Assembly (NCBI RefSeq): GCF_035594765.1
Contig: NC_085845.1
Coordinates: 128,418,897-128,482,896 of the forward strand
Length of the DNA stretch: 64,000 nucleotides
Direction of reading: 5' to 3'
Source of the DNA: Anolis carolinensis
Taxonomy: Eukaryota
Below are positions 13,810-27,021 of the stretch, one piece after another. A program made the translations under genes and the position numbers. Each line of letters begins with the position of its first letter. The stretch's first letter is position 1. The notes below the pieces were generated by a model. The model searched no databases and was not told where the DNA came from. It saw only the letters and a list, made by a program, of their open reading frames with translations.

Positions 13810-14670
13810 AGTGATTTTATTAGCTAAAAGCTTCATACAATAATGAAAATAATACATTTAATACAGTGACATCTCACACTACCCCCTACTACTAAACTAA
13901 CTATTAAAATTAAAGCTAAAAGGGCACCCAAAATACACTGCAAAAAAAAGATTAAAACTTGACTTCCTATTTTCCTCCCAGCATATATAATACTAGATCC
14001 TACTTTCTTAACTCATACAACTTCATATTTCTATTTTGTGATCCAAACTACTAATTCTCTAACACCACAGTTAATACCATGTTTCCCTAAAAATAAGACA
14101 GTGTCTTATATTAATTTTTGCTTCCAAAGATTCTCTAAGTCTTATTTTCAGGTGATGTCTTATTTTTGCATGAAGAAGAATTCACATTTATTGTTGAACA
14201 AAAAAATGAACATTTATTATATACTGTACAATAGTTGTCATCAAAAACCAGCATAACCAGACAAACTGTGAATCCTATCAAGAATTTCTTGTTACTACCA
14301 TTATTTCCATGTACAATACTCTATGGTAGGTACATTTACTGATCCTGCATGCTCTGGTGTTCTGTTTGTTGGGCATGCTTTGAAACAAAAACTTTGCTAG
14401 GTCTTACTTTCGAGGGAGGCCTTATATTTAGCAATTCAGCAAAACCCCTACTAGGTCTTATTTTCTGGGGATGTCTTATTTTAGGGGAAACAGGGTATAT
14501 TCTCACTTCTTTCTTGCAGAAAGACAATGGTTCCCAGTATTTCATAAAAGCATTCTTGTTTGAATTTCTCCAAATTCAAATGCTTTCATTATCCAATATT
14601 TCTGTTTTGGAATTTCCATATTCTTCCATTTCTTTTCATATAACAATCTTGGCACAGTTATGTGTTCTGG
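13810..14670 (-). mobile_element. Degraded L1 3' end interrupted by a mariner MITE
   Basis: Minus frame at ~14540-14665 reads ITVPRLLYEKKWKNMEIPKQKYWIMK (L1 ORF2 C-terminus); 3'UTR GGAAGTCAA motif at 13959-13967; minus-strand AATAAA near 13818. Confidence 0.6.
14077..14495. mobile_element. Tc1/mariner (pogo/Tc2-type) MITE
   Basis: TA flanks; TIRs CCATGTTTCCCTAAAAATAAGACA / TGTCTTATTTTAGGGGAAACAGGG; repeated GTCTTAT subterminal motifs. Confidence 0.88.
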
Positions 14671-15377
14671 CACCCTGTCATGTTGTCATTGTCACAATTT
14701 GCATCATTCTGTGTCCCACCCCAGCATATTCAAATGCTTTAACGTGTATTGTATTACTGTTATACTCCATCAATGTCATTGAAATTTTGGTTGTATCCAT
14801 GAAAACCTTTAAAAATAAATCTGTCTTAAAGGTGCTACTAGATTCCTTCACCCATCCACTGGTTTTTAGATCTTTATTGCAAGTGCTGAATAGTTCTTGG
14901 AGACATATTCCTTACAAAACTTTCAGTAAATCAGTGTTAACTAGATCAATATTTCTGATTTATATGTAGAACAGTTTTGATCCATCAACAATTCCTCCAA
15001 AGGTTATTTGGTAATGTATGAAGATAAGCCAACTAATCATTGACTAAAATCTTTTTGTGGTAATCCCCTACCCAAATTACTGGGCAGGGTAGTTGTGGAG
15101 GTGGGCTTTCCCTCTTCCTGCCATTTTTGCCTGGTCTCCTTGTTCCCAAGAGGCCTCAGGCTTCACTCACTCCTCGGCACGTGCGGGAGTGTTGACCAAT
15201 CAGGATGAGCCTCCTGGCTCATTCTGAATGGCCAGCAAGGACAAACCTGAAGGAAGACCTCTTCCCTCGGGTTCACAGACTGGATTTAAATCCTGACACA
15301 GCAGCTCCTTTGCCTTCACTTGCCTTTGAGCTCTACTAAGTCATATTCAGTGTACTGGGAGCATGGCAGTGCAATAA

Positions 15378-15480
15378 TATAATAATAATAAAACTTTATT
15401 TATGCCCTGCCACCATCTCCCCAAAGGGACTTGGGGCGGCTTACAGATAAAAACAACATACATACAATTCACACTATAAC
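15378..15480 (-). mobile_element. L2 3' tail fragment
   Basis: (TAA)n then CCCTGCCACCATCTCCCCAAAGGGACTTGGGGCGGCTTAC, the L2 3' stem-loop seen in other copies. Confidence 0.7.
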
Positions 15481-16878
15481 AAGATAAAAACAAAATGCAA
15501 TATAAAACAAATGTATTATAATAGCTGATAATATCAGTCAACCATCAAATACAATTCTGTCATATACATAGGTGGACGAACTGAAACATCTATGCAAGAA
15601 TACAATGATGAGATAAAATGCATAGATAATAAAATAGGGACCTAATAAATACCAGATAATACAGCATGGGGTTAGCTATCTAATGAGCCCAGAGTGGCAT
15701 TTAATTGGTTTCAGCTCTTTTCTACATACTGCCAGACCAGCATGCAGACTATATGATGTAGGGATCCATGACCCATGTATGGCTCCCAATCCTGTTTACA
15801 GCTGTAACCACTAAATCAAATTGTAGCCTTTTCCCAACTCCTGTGTGGCCTGCATTTTGTTCAAGGGGCTAGGCATGTCACCGTATACACACAACTATAA
15901 AACTGAATTAAAATAAATGAAATAGGACAGGCAGAAATAGAATTCAATGAACTAGTCTTTAGTTAATTGCTTTAAAATGGGTGGAATTAATGGAATGTGT
16001 GTATCATGCATGGCTGACACAAAAAAAAACTTCTACTTTGGAATTGTGCCTTACTATCCTAACATTTTCCAAATGCATTCATAAAACAACTTCTAATACA
16101 CAGTTTGTATTTAAGTCTTTGAAAAAAATAGTATTCAGTTGTTCCTGTATGTCAGGGTAGAGCAACTGTAAGAAGTTAAGGGGCTACATTATCCCTCCCA
16201 AGATAACCTGGAGGACTCGACTAAAAAACAAATAAACTCCTTTGTGTCCACAATGTCCCAAAACCTTCTAGGACCTGTGAGGCACATTTTCACATTTTTA
16301 GTGGAAATTATCTGGAATTCACTTCTTGTTGTCTCTTTTTAGTATTTTTAAAAAAGCCTCCCCTGGCTTAATGGGCGGGGGACAGGAAAGCATGGGGGGA
16401 AGGAATGAATTGGTTCTGGTGACTGCACCTTACTCATCTGTGCCACATTGGCTTCCATATTCGGCTTCCATGTTTCAGCATGTGAATGTTTTGTTTCAAT
16501 CCAGGAATCAACTTGACTTTGTCTTTGAATGATTTTGTCACAATCATACTGCAACATGAATTTGTGGTCTTTAATGCTGCAGAGACATTTAGCAATATAT
16601 TATCTCAGTGGATTATCCTTGTTATTTGATATAAGAATAATTGTGAGTTTGAGACCACAATGACAATGGATCAACTCAAATAATTGAAATATTATAGTAA
16701 GGTAATTGTTGAAAATGGAAATGCCTTAAAATTGCATACTGCTTTCTCCTTGTAGAGTAATTGCTTTAAAAAAAGAGGAATGTAGTGGATATATTGACAT
16801 TAGTAATTATTTTGATATAAAGAATCCACACACAACTTATCTGCAGTTGGAGATAAACCCTGCTGTAGACATAGTTAC

Positions 16879-17398
16879 CATGTATACTCATATATAATTT
16901 GACCACATGTATTAGTTGAGGGCAGCTTTTTGGGACACAATTATGGATTTTGATATGGCCCGTGTATAAGTCGAGGGCCATTCTGTAGTGAGGAGACAAA
17001 ACTAGTACTTTCTCATGAGGCCAAATGACCCTGGCCTTCCATTTTCCTGCCCAGGCATTTTGCCAGTTTATGCAGAGAAGGTTCAGTATTCACACCTAGT
17101 AAGAAAGGAACCATTCCCTTTGAGTAGAGTGGCAAAAGGTGAGAGCGTAATCTATGCCCAGGAGAATCCAAAAGAAGCTCTAACCATCATCATCCCACTA
17201 TTTCAATCATTCCTTTAAAGGGGAACACCAAAGAGCTGCCACCATTTTCTCATCCAGGTATTCAGAAAGGCAAGATGTGATGCCATGGCTGAGACAGTAC
17301 AGTGGACCAGTAATTCTTCTAGGCTCTCTCAGAATGATTTGGAGGTTTTCCTTTTGACTAAAAATTTTAGATTTATATATGAATTACATTATATACAT
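16879..17398. mobile_element. Degraded Tc1/mariner-type non-autonomous element
   Basis: TA-CCATGTATACTCATATATAA start; internal CCCGTGTATAAGTCGAGGG; colinear with 23719-24539. Confidence 0.6.
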
Positions 17399-17587
17399 TA
17401 CTCTCCCTCAGAAGTGTTATGTTCATACCTGATTGGTTCTGAATTCAGCATTGCTCCTGGATGACCAGGTGGTTGATGTGGCTAAGAATGCCTTTCTTGA
17501 ACTTTTATTGGGACAGCAGTTGGGCTTTTTTTGAGAGAGAGAATGGTGTCACATCTTTGGCTTCATCAAGACTATTGTTCTATACTA

Positions 17588-17845
17588 TAAGCAGTCACTC
17601 ATGGCCAAGTATGATTGTCTTCCAAGGGTAGAGTCTTGGCAATATGTATGTAAGTCACTGTTGAAACCTATTCTGGATACACGTGGTCTTTCACAATGAG
17701 GATATAGATTGCCAGATTGAAGGTGGTTGCAACAAGGTATTCCTTGACGCTCCTTACTCTTGGCACATTTCTCCCTTTTGCCCTCTCTTTGTGCCTCTTC
17801 AAAATCCATAGCACCGTTCATAACAGGGTTTCCCAGTTCCACTTT
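17588..17845 (-). mobile_element. RTE-1 LINE 3' fragment
   Basis: ORF 17585..17869 contains GAMDFEEAQREGKREK...PHCERPRVSRIGFNSDLHTYCQD (degenerate RTE C-terminus); homologous to 11926-12050 and 36146-36262. Confidence 0.8.
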
Positions 17846-17899
17846 TTTTAAGGTTAGCTTTAAGCCCATCTTTGTAAGTTTTTCTACATGTAATTGTCT

Positions 17900-18520
17900 C
17901 TAAAGAATGTTTGGAAGCCACATATTGTGGTTAATATACTCCTCTGTGTGTGATTTTTAGACCATTTTTATCTTCATTGGTTTCTGGTTTCTAGAAGAGT
18001 TCTCTTTCCTGTATGAACTCTGACAGTATGTTACAATTATCTTCTGAGAAATACTAAGAATACAAGACAGATTTTTTCCTATGGCACCACATTCTCTCAG
18101 ATTCTCATTGAAAGAACTTAAAGTAGCCCAATCAATCACATGTTTTTCTTCCATTTCTCTTTCTATTGTATTTGCTTTGATATTAGTATTTTACATCTTT
18201 TGTATAGTTTCTATTTTAAACCTTCACCTCTAATTCTCGGCAAACTGTTTCAACTTGTTTATAGTTCATTTCTAATAAGTTTTCAGTTATAGATGGAATC
18301 CTATTTAGGATAGAAAGATAGCCTAAAATTCTCTTGTAAAGAAAATAATAATAATTTTGACACAGTACACAACATTTAGGAAAACCTTCAATCTGACACA
18401 AAATTTGCTAAGTAATTTCTGAATAAGAGTTCTGGTCTTGGTCATATTTTTAAAGGTAATGATGATAGGAATACATGATTTTTTGTAATGATCAGATAAA
18501 AATATCTTGCTTGAATTATG
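17900..18520 (-). mobile_element. Possible highly degraded L1 ORF2 remnant
   Basis: A-rich minus strand with broken L1-like peptides (EREMEEKHVIDW...NENLRE); no boundaries. Confidence 0.3.
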
Positions 18521-20299
18521 CAAAATTATGAGTTTTTACATGTTAAGCCTATTTGGAGAGAAAGAATTACATGAATGTGGTTCACTTCCATGACACAGAC
18601 CTAGTACTAACCGTAAAATGACAACTAGAGAAATCAGATGCCAAATAGAGAGAAATGATCCACTGACCTTATTGTACAATAAGACAACTGACCAATTGTA
18701 CAATAAGACGCCTGACAAATATATTTTTGTGTCTGTCTGTGTGTTGTATTCTATTCTAAAAGAATCAAAACAAATTGAGGATATAGACCATTCTTCCTCA
18801 ATGTTATTATTTTATTAGTATTATTTTTCTCTATAGAAGAATAGATCAAACAAAAAAGTTTCTTACCCATCTTTTTAGAGCCTTTCTTCAAAATATACAA
18901 AGAGGCATGAAATGATGAATACTTGCCTTTGCTATCATAATAAATCATAAGCGGAAATATAAAAATAGCATTTCAGTATTAATGTCAAATTGTATGTACC
19001 TGTTAGTGTCAATGTTCGTTCTCCATGGGAACACTGAGCTTGCAGGTGAGAGCCACATAACCTAACTTTGTACCCCACAGTATTACCGTAAAACCTAACA
19101 ATCATTTGATTGTCAGCTGCAGTTAATTATGATGGTGAGAGATAGGCAAAAATAGCCAGAAGAAGGTAGACCTACAGAGTGGTTGATGCGATTAATGTTT
19201 GCTAAATGTACATACATAAAGGAGGGAAATATCACAATAATCAACCCGGTTTTTTGCCTTCAGCCTATCTGAGGCCATGTGGGTTGGAGTCTGACCACTA
19301 GTCGGAAAAGAAAAGGCTGTTTGCAAGAGTTCTGGGGTATGTTTTCCTGGAAAAGGTGAGACGCTGAAAGCAGAACTCTGTCAAAGAAACTTTGTCCCTT
19401 TATGAGATCATCCATATTCAGAGATGTTGTTAAACTATTGCAACTGTTTATATTTATCACTCAAATGGATGGATTTGCTTTGAAAAAAACCAATATGTAA
19501 ATTTCATGCTTAGTTTAAACTGAGTGAAATGAATCCTGTCCTGTAGTTAGCTTCCTGGTATTTGGTGTTCCATAATTTTAGTGTATCAATAATAAATATT
19601 TTATAGATTGAGGAAAACGAAAATGCTAAAGGAATTATAACTTTAGTATTTTGAATTCATGTTTGCATGACACATCTTCTGCCAAAATATATCCCATGAA
19701 TTTGATATATTCCATTGACACTTTGCCCCCACTTTGCCCCCAAAGCATGATATATTTTCCATATCATGGCTCTTTGTTGCTGCTTTGTGTATTACTATTA
19801 TTATCCTGGTCATGGGTATTTTCATTAGTATTATTATCATCATGATGGCTAGGGATCTTTTTTCCAGGCTGCAATTTTGACCCTTATTTAGTAAAGCATC
19901 ATTTTTTTCTTATTTGATCTTTGTTTACTGTAATCTCTTTTGCTGAAAAAATTTCATGAAATCAATGTTCAGTTATATTGATCACAAATATGTTTAGTGA
20001 TAGTATCACCAGAGGGCATTTATTAATTTAGTCTACTGAATAATCAGAACTTGACCCAACAACTTAAAAGCAGAAAAACAGATGTACATCCTGAAATATA
20101 CTATACTGTCTCTAAATATTTCTGCATTACAGAGGGCTGTCTTATGTTATCTGACCAATGTATATAATTTTTATTTTACAAAGAAGCACAAAAAGTAGAA
20201 ACATGTATGTTTAGTTCCATTAAACACACTGTCTAATATTTGGAGGGCATTATGGCTGTGGGAAGACTAAACAGTTAAAGCTATTCTTTGAAAAAGTAG

Positions 20300-21135
20300 A
20301 AATTAAATGTTGATTCATTTGTTCTTATTGGCTTACAGGTCTCCTGACAAATGCAACAACAGAGACGCCTTGTAGGAGTTTTTAGGCTCTGTATGGGCTA
20401 CATTTCCTCGTCAAGTTTCACTGCTGTGGATCATCGTCCATTATATGTCATCCGTTCAACTGTCTCTTTCTCTATGTTTCATCAAAGACAGCATACTTCT
20501 ACGTTATGAGCTAAAGTCTGTTCTACCATACTAAAGAGCACTGGACTAAGGAATCAAGATGTTAGAGAAATGCTCGGGCATTAGCAATACAAAAACAATA
20601 AAACACATTCACAGTTAACGTCTCATCTGCGTTGTATGCCACTGCTGAACTTGATCTGTGGTGATGTTTTAATCTGAAGAGTTTACTCCACTCGAGAGAA
20701 CTCATCCCAATCAGCCTTAGAGAAGACTGTTTTGTCTGTGGGGGGACACTGAGGTGCAGAGGACAATTTCTTCTCACGCCCTAGACTGCCTGAATTGCTT
20801 TTATTTTCTTATGTTTCGGTATATACAATAGACCAAAGAGCAAAATTTATTTTAAAGTGGACACAATGTTACTGTTAACAAAGTTATTTGAATTCAGCAG
20901 TATGGGAACCACCATGCACGAATTCCGCTCACCCAGTGCTGCAACGTCACTTTCCAGCCAATGTCTTTATGGAACACTGCAGAAAAAGCTGGAACTGCTC
21001 TTGGAGGAAAGTACACTAGAGAACACAAGGGAACAAGGAGAGAAAATGACCATCCTTCAGCAAGAAAACAGAACTTTGATTGAAAACAACACAGACTGTC
21101 TACATACCACCTTTACTCCTCTGTGCTTAGATTGA
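20300..21135. promoter_or_regulatory. Repeat-free unique block: candidate host exon or promoter, unassigned
   Basis: Splice-like site at 20331-20340 usable as plus acceptor or minus donor; AATAAA 20597-20602; ACGTCA 20944-20949 and CCAAT 20958-20962; no gene recognised. Confidence 0.3.
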
Positions 21136-21308
21136 CTTCTCGTACTAAAATCATTTTGAGTTTAACCAGTTCAACATGCCTCTTCTATGGTTCCATTATT
21201 TTATTTTTATTGTTAAAAGTTGGATAATACAGTATTTGCAAAGAGCATGTTTGGTCATCTGTGGCCTATGTCTCATCTGATCCACCATTTAGCACCAGAA
21301 AGCAAATC

Positions 21309-21448
21309 NNNNNNNNNNNNNNNNNNNNNNNNNNNNNNNNNNNNNNNNNNNNNNNNNNNNNNNNNNNNNNNNNNNNNNNNNNNNNNNNNNNNNNNNNNNN
21401 NNNNNNNNNNNNNNNNNNNNNNNNNNNNNNNNNNNNNNNNNNNNNNNN
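21309..21448. other. Assembly gap (140 N)
   Basis: Run of N characters. Confidence 0.99.
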
Positions 21449-22799
21449 TCATGACACAAATGGGCTCAGAGTTGAGTTGTTGTTTTTATTACTTCAGTTG
21501 TCTCTGAAGTGACTGGTGTAGTTTGCTTTCTTCCATTGGGACATTCTGGATGTAAAGCATGACCAGAGAGGACTCTGTAGAAAAAGCAAAGAATAATGTT
21601 GTTTATATTACATAAATGCATTCAACCATTGCACTGTTGGAAGGCTTTCTCTCTCTCCCTCTCTTTCTCCAACTTTTGTCTTTTTCTTTTTCTTTGAGGG
21701 GTGGTAGATTTTTATATACCAGTAAAACAATGTACAATATCTTAATGGTTTACTTTCCACATTGAGTTCTGTTCTTCCTCTCTTTTTCCCTCCTTTTGAA
21801 TTTGGTATAAAGGTAAGCTTACTCCTTGATAAAGATGTAGGTGGCTTTATGATTTTTTAAAGATCTCATACATTAGAAAGCCCTTTTTTCAATATGATAG
21901 GGTAGTGAATGTTAAAGATGAGTTCTATATAAGAAACAAAAAAAGATGTTAGATCAGTAACCTCCAAAGTGGTATCTGCTCCCATCTACAAGTCTGGCTA
22001 ATAGTGCTATGAGACCAACAAGTGGGCTTTTCTCCTCCCTCCCAAAAGGTATTTGCTAATATTAAACTTTTCCCCAATATCCACTGTAGTATACTACCTA
22101 AATACTCCAATTAACTTTTAGTATTATGCTAGTTCTGTGCTACTAAAGAAAAAATATATAGAGATTGTTGAAGCAACCATAGATGAGAGGTATGAAAAGG
22201 AAGTTCATTTATTTAAGACCTATCCCAATTTTCTAGATTATTTTAATGCACAGGTTGAGGAAACCATGAATTATGGGTGACAGTGTCTATGAATAAAACA
22301 TTTGCGCAGGAGGTCTTATTTCATCATAAGGGTTTTGATCAGTGTCCAAGTAGCAATTAATGCCCAGCCGCTTGAAAAGTATTATGAACTGCCAACAGTA
22401 TAAATGACCAATGTCCGACTTAAGGTGTCATGCAATAAATGATGGTAGATACTTCAACTGTATTATAAGAATTGGAAAGCCAGATCCCTCACTCCACTCA
22501 CTTTCTCTTTTGTTACAGTTTTATTTTAATTTTTTTTTTGAAGGGAGTGTAGTAGCCTTATTTAGTAAATACTGAACAAAATTAAAATGTTTCAACATTT
22601 TTGTTGCTTTACAGTATTCAGTTTTGTGTTGGTTCAGCTAAATTATGAAAAAAATAAAGAAAATCATTTTATAAGCGAGACTTGTTCACTGCTCTTGACG
22701 TAAGACAAGGAGGGAGGGAATGGGAAAGCAAAGGTTATGTGAATGTGTATGAATCAAACTTTTATATATACAAAAATTACTGCATGCCCAGTTGTGCTT

Positions 22800-23017
22800 C
22801 TGTACCCACATGACAGAATCATAGCAGTTTAACACCACGTTAACTACTATGGCTCAATGCTATGGAAATCTGATATTTATAGTTTTGTGTGGTATTTATC
22901 TCTCTCTGACTGAGAGCTCTGGTGTCACAACAAACGACAAACCCTAAGAATTCATAGGAGGGAACTATGGCAGTTAAGGTGCTGTCAGTCTGCTATCATT
23001 CTGCAATGTGGATAGGA
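22800..23017. mobile_element. PIF/Harbinger-type palindromic MITE (degraded)
   Basis: Inverted arms CCACATGACAGAATCATAGCAG...TTAACTACTATGG vs CTATGGCAGTTAA...CTGCTATCATTCTGCAATGTGG; related copy at 47670-47832. Confidence 0.65.
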
Positions 23018-23718
23018 AATGTGATGTGCTTAGACTGATGCTATGGCCATCTCCTTTTAATGACTCCCAAAATCCAAGCATATTTGAGCAAATGTGTACT
23101 GATGGCTGATTTTGTACAGGACAAAGTGGTAAACTAGTTCAGAGAAGGGCATTCTGTGGCTCTCTAAATGTTGTTTGGCTTTATTTCCCGTCATGTATCA
23201 CCATTGACTGTCCAAAAACTTCTAGCGGGTCACATATTTCACATCTTGAATATTTGGGTAAAATTCTGATTGGACTTATAAATATGTTTAAGGTATTCAC
23301 AACTTACCTGTTCCATGGTTTTTGGTGAGTCTTCCCTCAGTAATAGTAAATTTTTTATCTCAGCTGTAAGTAAAATGGCAGGGATCATCAGATGTATCCT
23401 GCTACCATAGTTGATAGGGGAACTGTGCCCCACCACTCTGCTATCCTGATGCTACATGTAAATACCCACCAAGTACTGCAAGAGGCATGTGGTTTTCCTG
23501 AACAATTTAGGAATATCTAATCAACAGTATTTCAGGAGAAAAAAATCCCACACTTGCTTATGACAAAAAAAGTGTTTTCCTCATGTCCTGTGAAAGACCA
23601 GAATGTGACACCAAAAGTTAAATACAGTAAGCAATGTGCTTTCTGCCCTTAGGTTTGTGAAATATGTTTGAACAAATTGAAAGATTGCATTTTTAAGGCC
23701 GAAGGAAGTATTGACTTG

Positions 23719-24539
23719 TAGCATATCTTCATATATAAGTTGCCCTCATGTGTTAGTTGCAGACAGGTTTGGGGGCCAAAATTATGGATTTTTGTATGAC
23801 CCATGGATAAGTTGTGGGTCATTCTGTAGAGAGAAGAAAGCACTGATGCCTTCTCAGGGAGCCAGCCATCCCTGGCCACTAGTGTCATTTCCCTGCTCAG
23901 GCATTCAAAAGGACAGAAGTGGCACCACACCGGAGGTAGTAGAGGGGGTCAGTACAGGAAGTCCCTGAGTTAGAAACTTTCGACTTACAAATGGCTTTCG
24001 ACTTACAAATAGTTAAGAACAGGGATAAAACAACAGGAAGTGAGAGAAATCTAACGCTAGGAGGGGAAATTAGCTCCTGGAAGAGTTACTATGGAAAAAC
24101 GGTGTCTCAGCTGACGTGTTATCCCTAATCCTTGTTTCCACAACAAGATGATTTTTTTTTCAAAATCCAATTCTCACAGGGATAGAAAGTGAGGTGGAAT
24201 CTTCTGAAGAGGGATACAGACAGCAAAACCTCTATGCTTTTCGAAGCAACTATATATATATATGGCTGGAGTTACTCTTCAAAAATGTGCCAGTTCTGAC
24301 TTACAAGCACATTCAACTTAAGAACAACCTTACAGAACCTATCTTGTTTGTAACTTGGGGACTGCCTGCACTTCTTTCAGATTATCTCAGGACTAAACTC
24401 TTCACTTTTGACACTTTCCTCAGCAAAAGGGGTAGTTCCTTTTTATAGGAATTAAGATAGAGTAACTACATTGACTCCGAGATAAGTCAGCCCAGGTTTG
24501 GGGGCTGATTTCTAGATTTATATTTGAGTATATAAGGTA
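23719..24539. mobile_element. Tc1/mariner-type element split by a Tigger-like MITE
   Basis: Left part colinear with 16879-17100 (AATTATGGATTTT...TGACCC..GGATAAGT...CATTCTGTAG); right terminus GATTTATATTTGAGTATATAAGG-TA. Confidence 0.65.
23955..24368. mobile_element. Tigger-like non-autonomous DNA transposon
   Basis: TIRs CAGGAAGTCCCTGAGTTAGAAA / TTTGTAACTTGGGGACTGCCTG; TA on left, CA on right; same family as the split copy 47895-51282 in opposite orientation. Confidence 0.85.
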
Positions 24540-25692
24540 ATTTTTGTTCTCTGAGAATATAGTTTATCAAATCATAGTTTAGCAAACCCTGCCCTGGAAG
24601 TTAGCACTGCATTAGAAAGATCAAACTCTTGGAATCATTTGCTTCCTCATATGAAATGTTGGGTCATGTATGCATATATCTTGAAAATGCAGTTTTCTTC
24701 AAACATGTTTATGATTGGGTTGTTTTGTACTTCGTTTATCTTCCCACTGAGCTCAAGCTTACTTTTTACATAATACATCATTGGGTTTTGCTGATTATTT
24801 TCCCCTTGAGCTAGAGTGAGCTTTACCTTGATATAGCCAGATCTTCATTGTGCTTGTGGTACTTTATCATCTGTAAGGTAAGAATATTTCCCAAAGGTAT
24901 GTCTGAGCGAGAGAATACTGTCTTTATTCTGAGATTTGCATTAAATAACATTTATCGTTCCCCCTGAATGTCTGGTATATTCTGGATTCCAAAGAAAATA
25001 AAACCCACAATAACCAAGCTTAGAAGCTACCCAATGTGCTCTAATTAGAGATGAATTTCAGCCTAGTTTTATATGACAGCAGCCTCAGGCGAGTTCCAAA
25101 AGCACAGCTCTCCTTCCAAATCACCCTTCGAAAATGTACAATTTTGAATGAACAGCCAGAACTTGCTTGGCTGTATAAATTGAAATGTGCCTCCCTGTAG
25201 TGTTTAACAGAAAAGAGTTTTTGTTTCCTGTATACATTAAAGGACATATTTTCCATTCAAGAATATATCCCTTTTATACCTCACCTTTACTAATGCCCCA
25301 TCAAAGACAAAGAGATTTAAAGAAGAAGAAAAACCAAGCAACACAGCTATATGAACTTCTCTCTCTTTTTGGCTACCAAGATAAGTGTCTTAGCCTACAG
25401 TGGTGCACTTCAAAATGTTATGTTAAAACAGCAGACATGATATTATAGTTATAATGAAAATACATGCAAGTTAGCCTAGAAATGTAGGAAACACAAGGTT
25501 TTTCTGAATACTCTGATTTTTCTGGGTCTAGCACTGTGTTAACCAGTGTTAACGCCCAACCAGATACCCTTGATACAGGACAATTTCTAAGCCAGTTAAA
25601 TTTCAAAATGTTATGCTAGGTTTTTAATGCTGGCATAAAATGCTAGGCCAGCCTTTTAATGCAATAGCCCTAATATAAAAACCTATGTTCAT

Positions 25693-25822
25693 TTGTGTGT
25701 GTATGTGTTAGCCTCCAAGTCTTCTTTTGACTTACTGTAATTCCATGAATTTCATATGTTTTTTTAGACAAAGAATACTCACAGGTGATTTTTTTTTCAG
25801 TTATTTAACTCTGACATCTAGC
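25693..25822 (-). mobile_element. 3' part of a 5S-Sauria-like SINE
   Basis: Reverse complement resembles 5690-5810 including the CA-rich tail. Confidence 0.5.
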
Positions 25823-26296
25823 CAAACAAAAAATGTAGGTCAATTTATAAACTTTGTAAATCATCCTCATCTAAACAATCTTTCACTGAACCAGAATTAA
25901 AAGAGGGAAAGAAACCGGCATTGCATAATTGTAAGAGCTTGACTCTGTAGCTTGACTAGGCCAGGGTGAAGAATTGTCAGTAGTTTGACAATAAGCACAA
26001 AGATATGATTAGAGTGTACCACTTCTACATTCTTCATGATGGTATTTTGAACAGAAAGCTACTCATGTAGTTTCAATTGCACAAACTCAAATTCCAATTT
26101 GCCATAAACTTTAAAATATATGAATGAAGGGTTTTGTTTCAAGCAGAAATGTATAATTGTTTCTAATTTTACTACTTACATTTGGTTTTCCAAAGACTTT
26201 GGAGAAAGCACAGAGAACATGTGCTGGAAAATAAAATAAGCAATTTTAATCAACTGCAATCCAGGACAACAGACTTTCTATGTCTGCCATGACCAT

Positions 26297-27021
26297 TAGG
26301 CTTGTGCAATCCAGGTAAACTGTGATACGTTTTGGTGACCTAGATTTCAGTGTGGTTCCCAATCTATTTTTCAGGAACCTTCCAAATTCAGGAGGACAGA
26401 AATCCATTTTCGATTCAGGAAGCCGAAAAATTGTTTCCTATCTGGCCCATTGGTGGCAATGGGGGGGGGGCTTCCCAAAGGCCCCCCTTCCTGTCATTTT
26501 ATGGTTGCAATGTTGTTTGTCCTTATATCCATTAAGACCTGGATTAAAAGCATCAAAATTACCACTCTTTCTGAAATTCTTTGCCTTTTGTCTGTAGAAG
26601 AGACCAGGTTTAATGCTTTGTTAAATCTGTTTCTGTTGTAGAGGAGACAGGAGCTGCAGACATACTTGCTCTCTCTCAGCAGCATGCAGTTTTCCAAGAC
26701 ATTTTAAGGAGGTTTCCCATTTCATGGGGAAAGAAACGAGATTGACATGGAGGTATCCTACTCTGGGCTTCCTTTGAATAGCCCTCTTTCCTCTCTTGGT
26801 TTGGAGTCCTGTAGTGGTGTGCTTTTTTTCTTGTGCTTTTCCTTCTAGCTGCTGTCTCCTTCCCCGCATTCCATGTGTAACCGAAAGCAGTTGGTTTTTG
26901 ACAGCCCGTATTCTGTTGCAGCTTGTAAAAAAATGGCGGTGAAGGCCATGCCATTACAGGCTTCTGAACCAACTGAACAAGCCAAAAGAAAACATCCATA
27001 ATGAATCTGTGCACAAGCCTA
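26297..27021. mobile_element. hAT-like non-autonomous element
   Basis: Perfect 12-bp TIR TAGGCTTGTGCA / TGCACAAGCCTA; degenerate 8-bp TSD ATGACCAT / ATGACTGC. Confidence 0.65.

Noticed and set aside
14349-14969. 206-aa hydrophobic ORF resembling a membrane protein
   Set aside because: Starts inside a mariner MITE and continues antisense through T-rich L1 remnants; no family motifs
19262-19340. Candidate coding exon (TTTTTTGCCTTCAG...GGG|GTATGT)
   Set aside because: Stops in all three frames; may be non-coding but unsupported
21220-21512. ORFs spanning the N run
   Set aside because: Artefacts of the assembly gap
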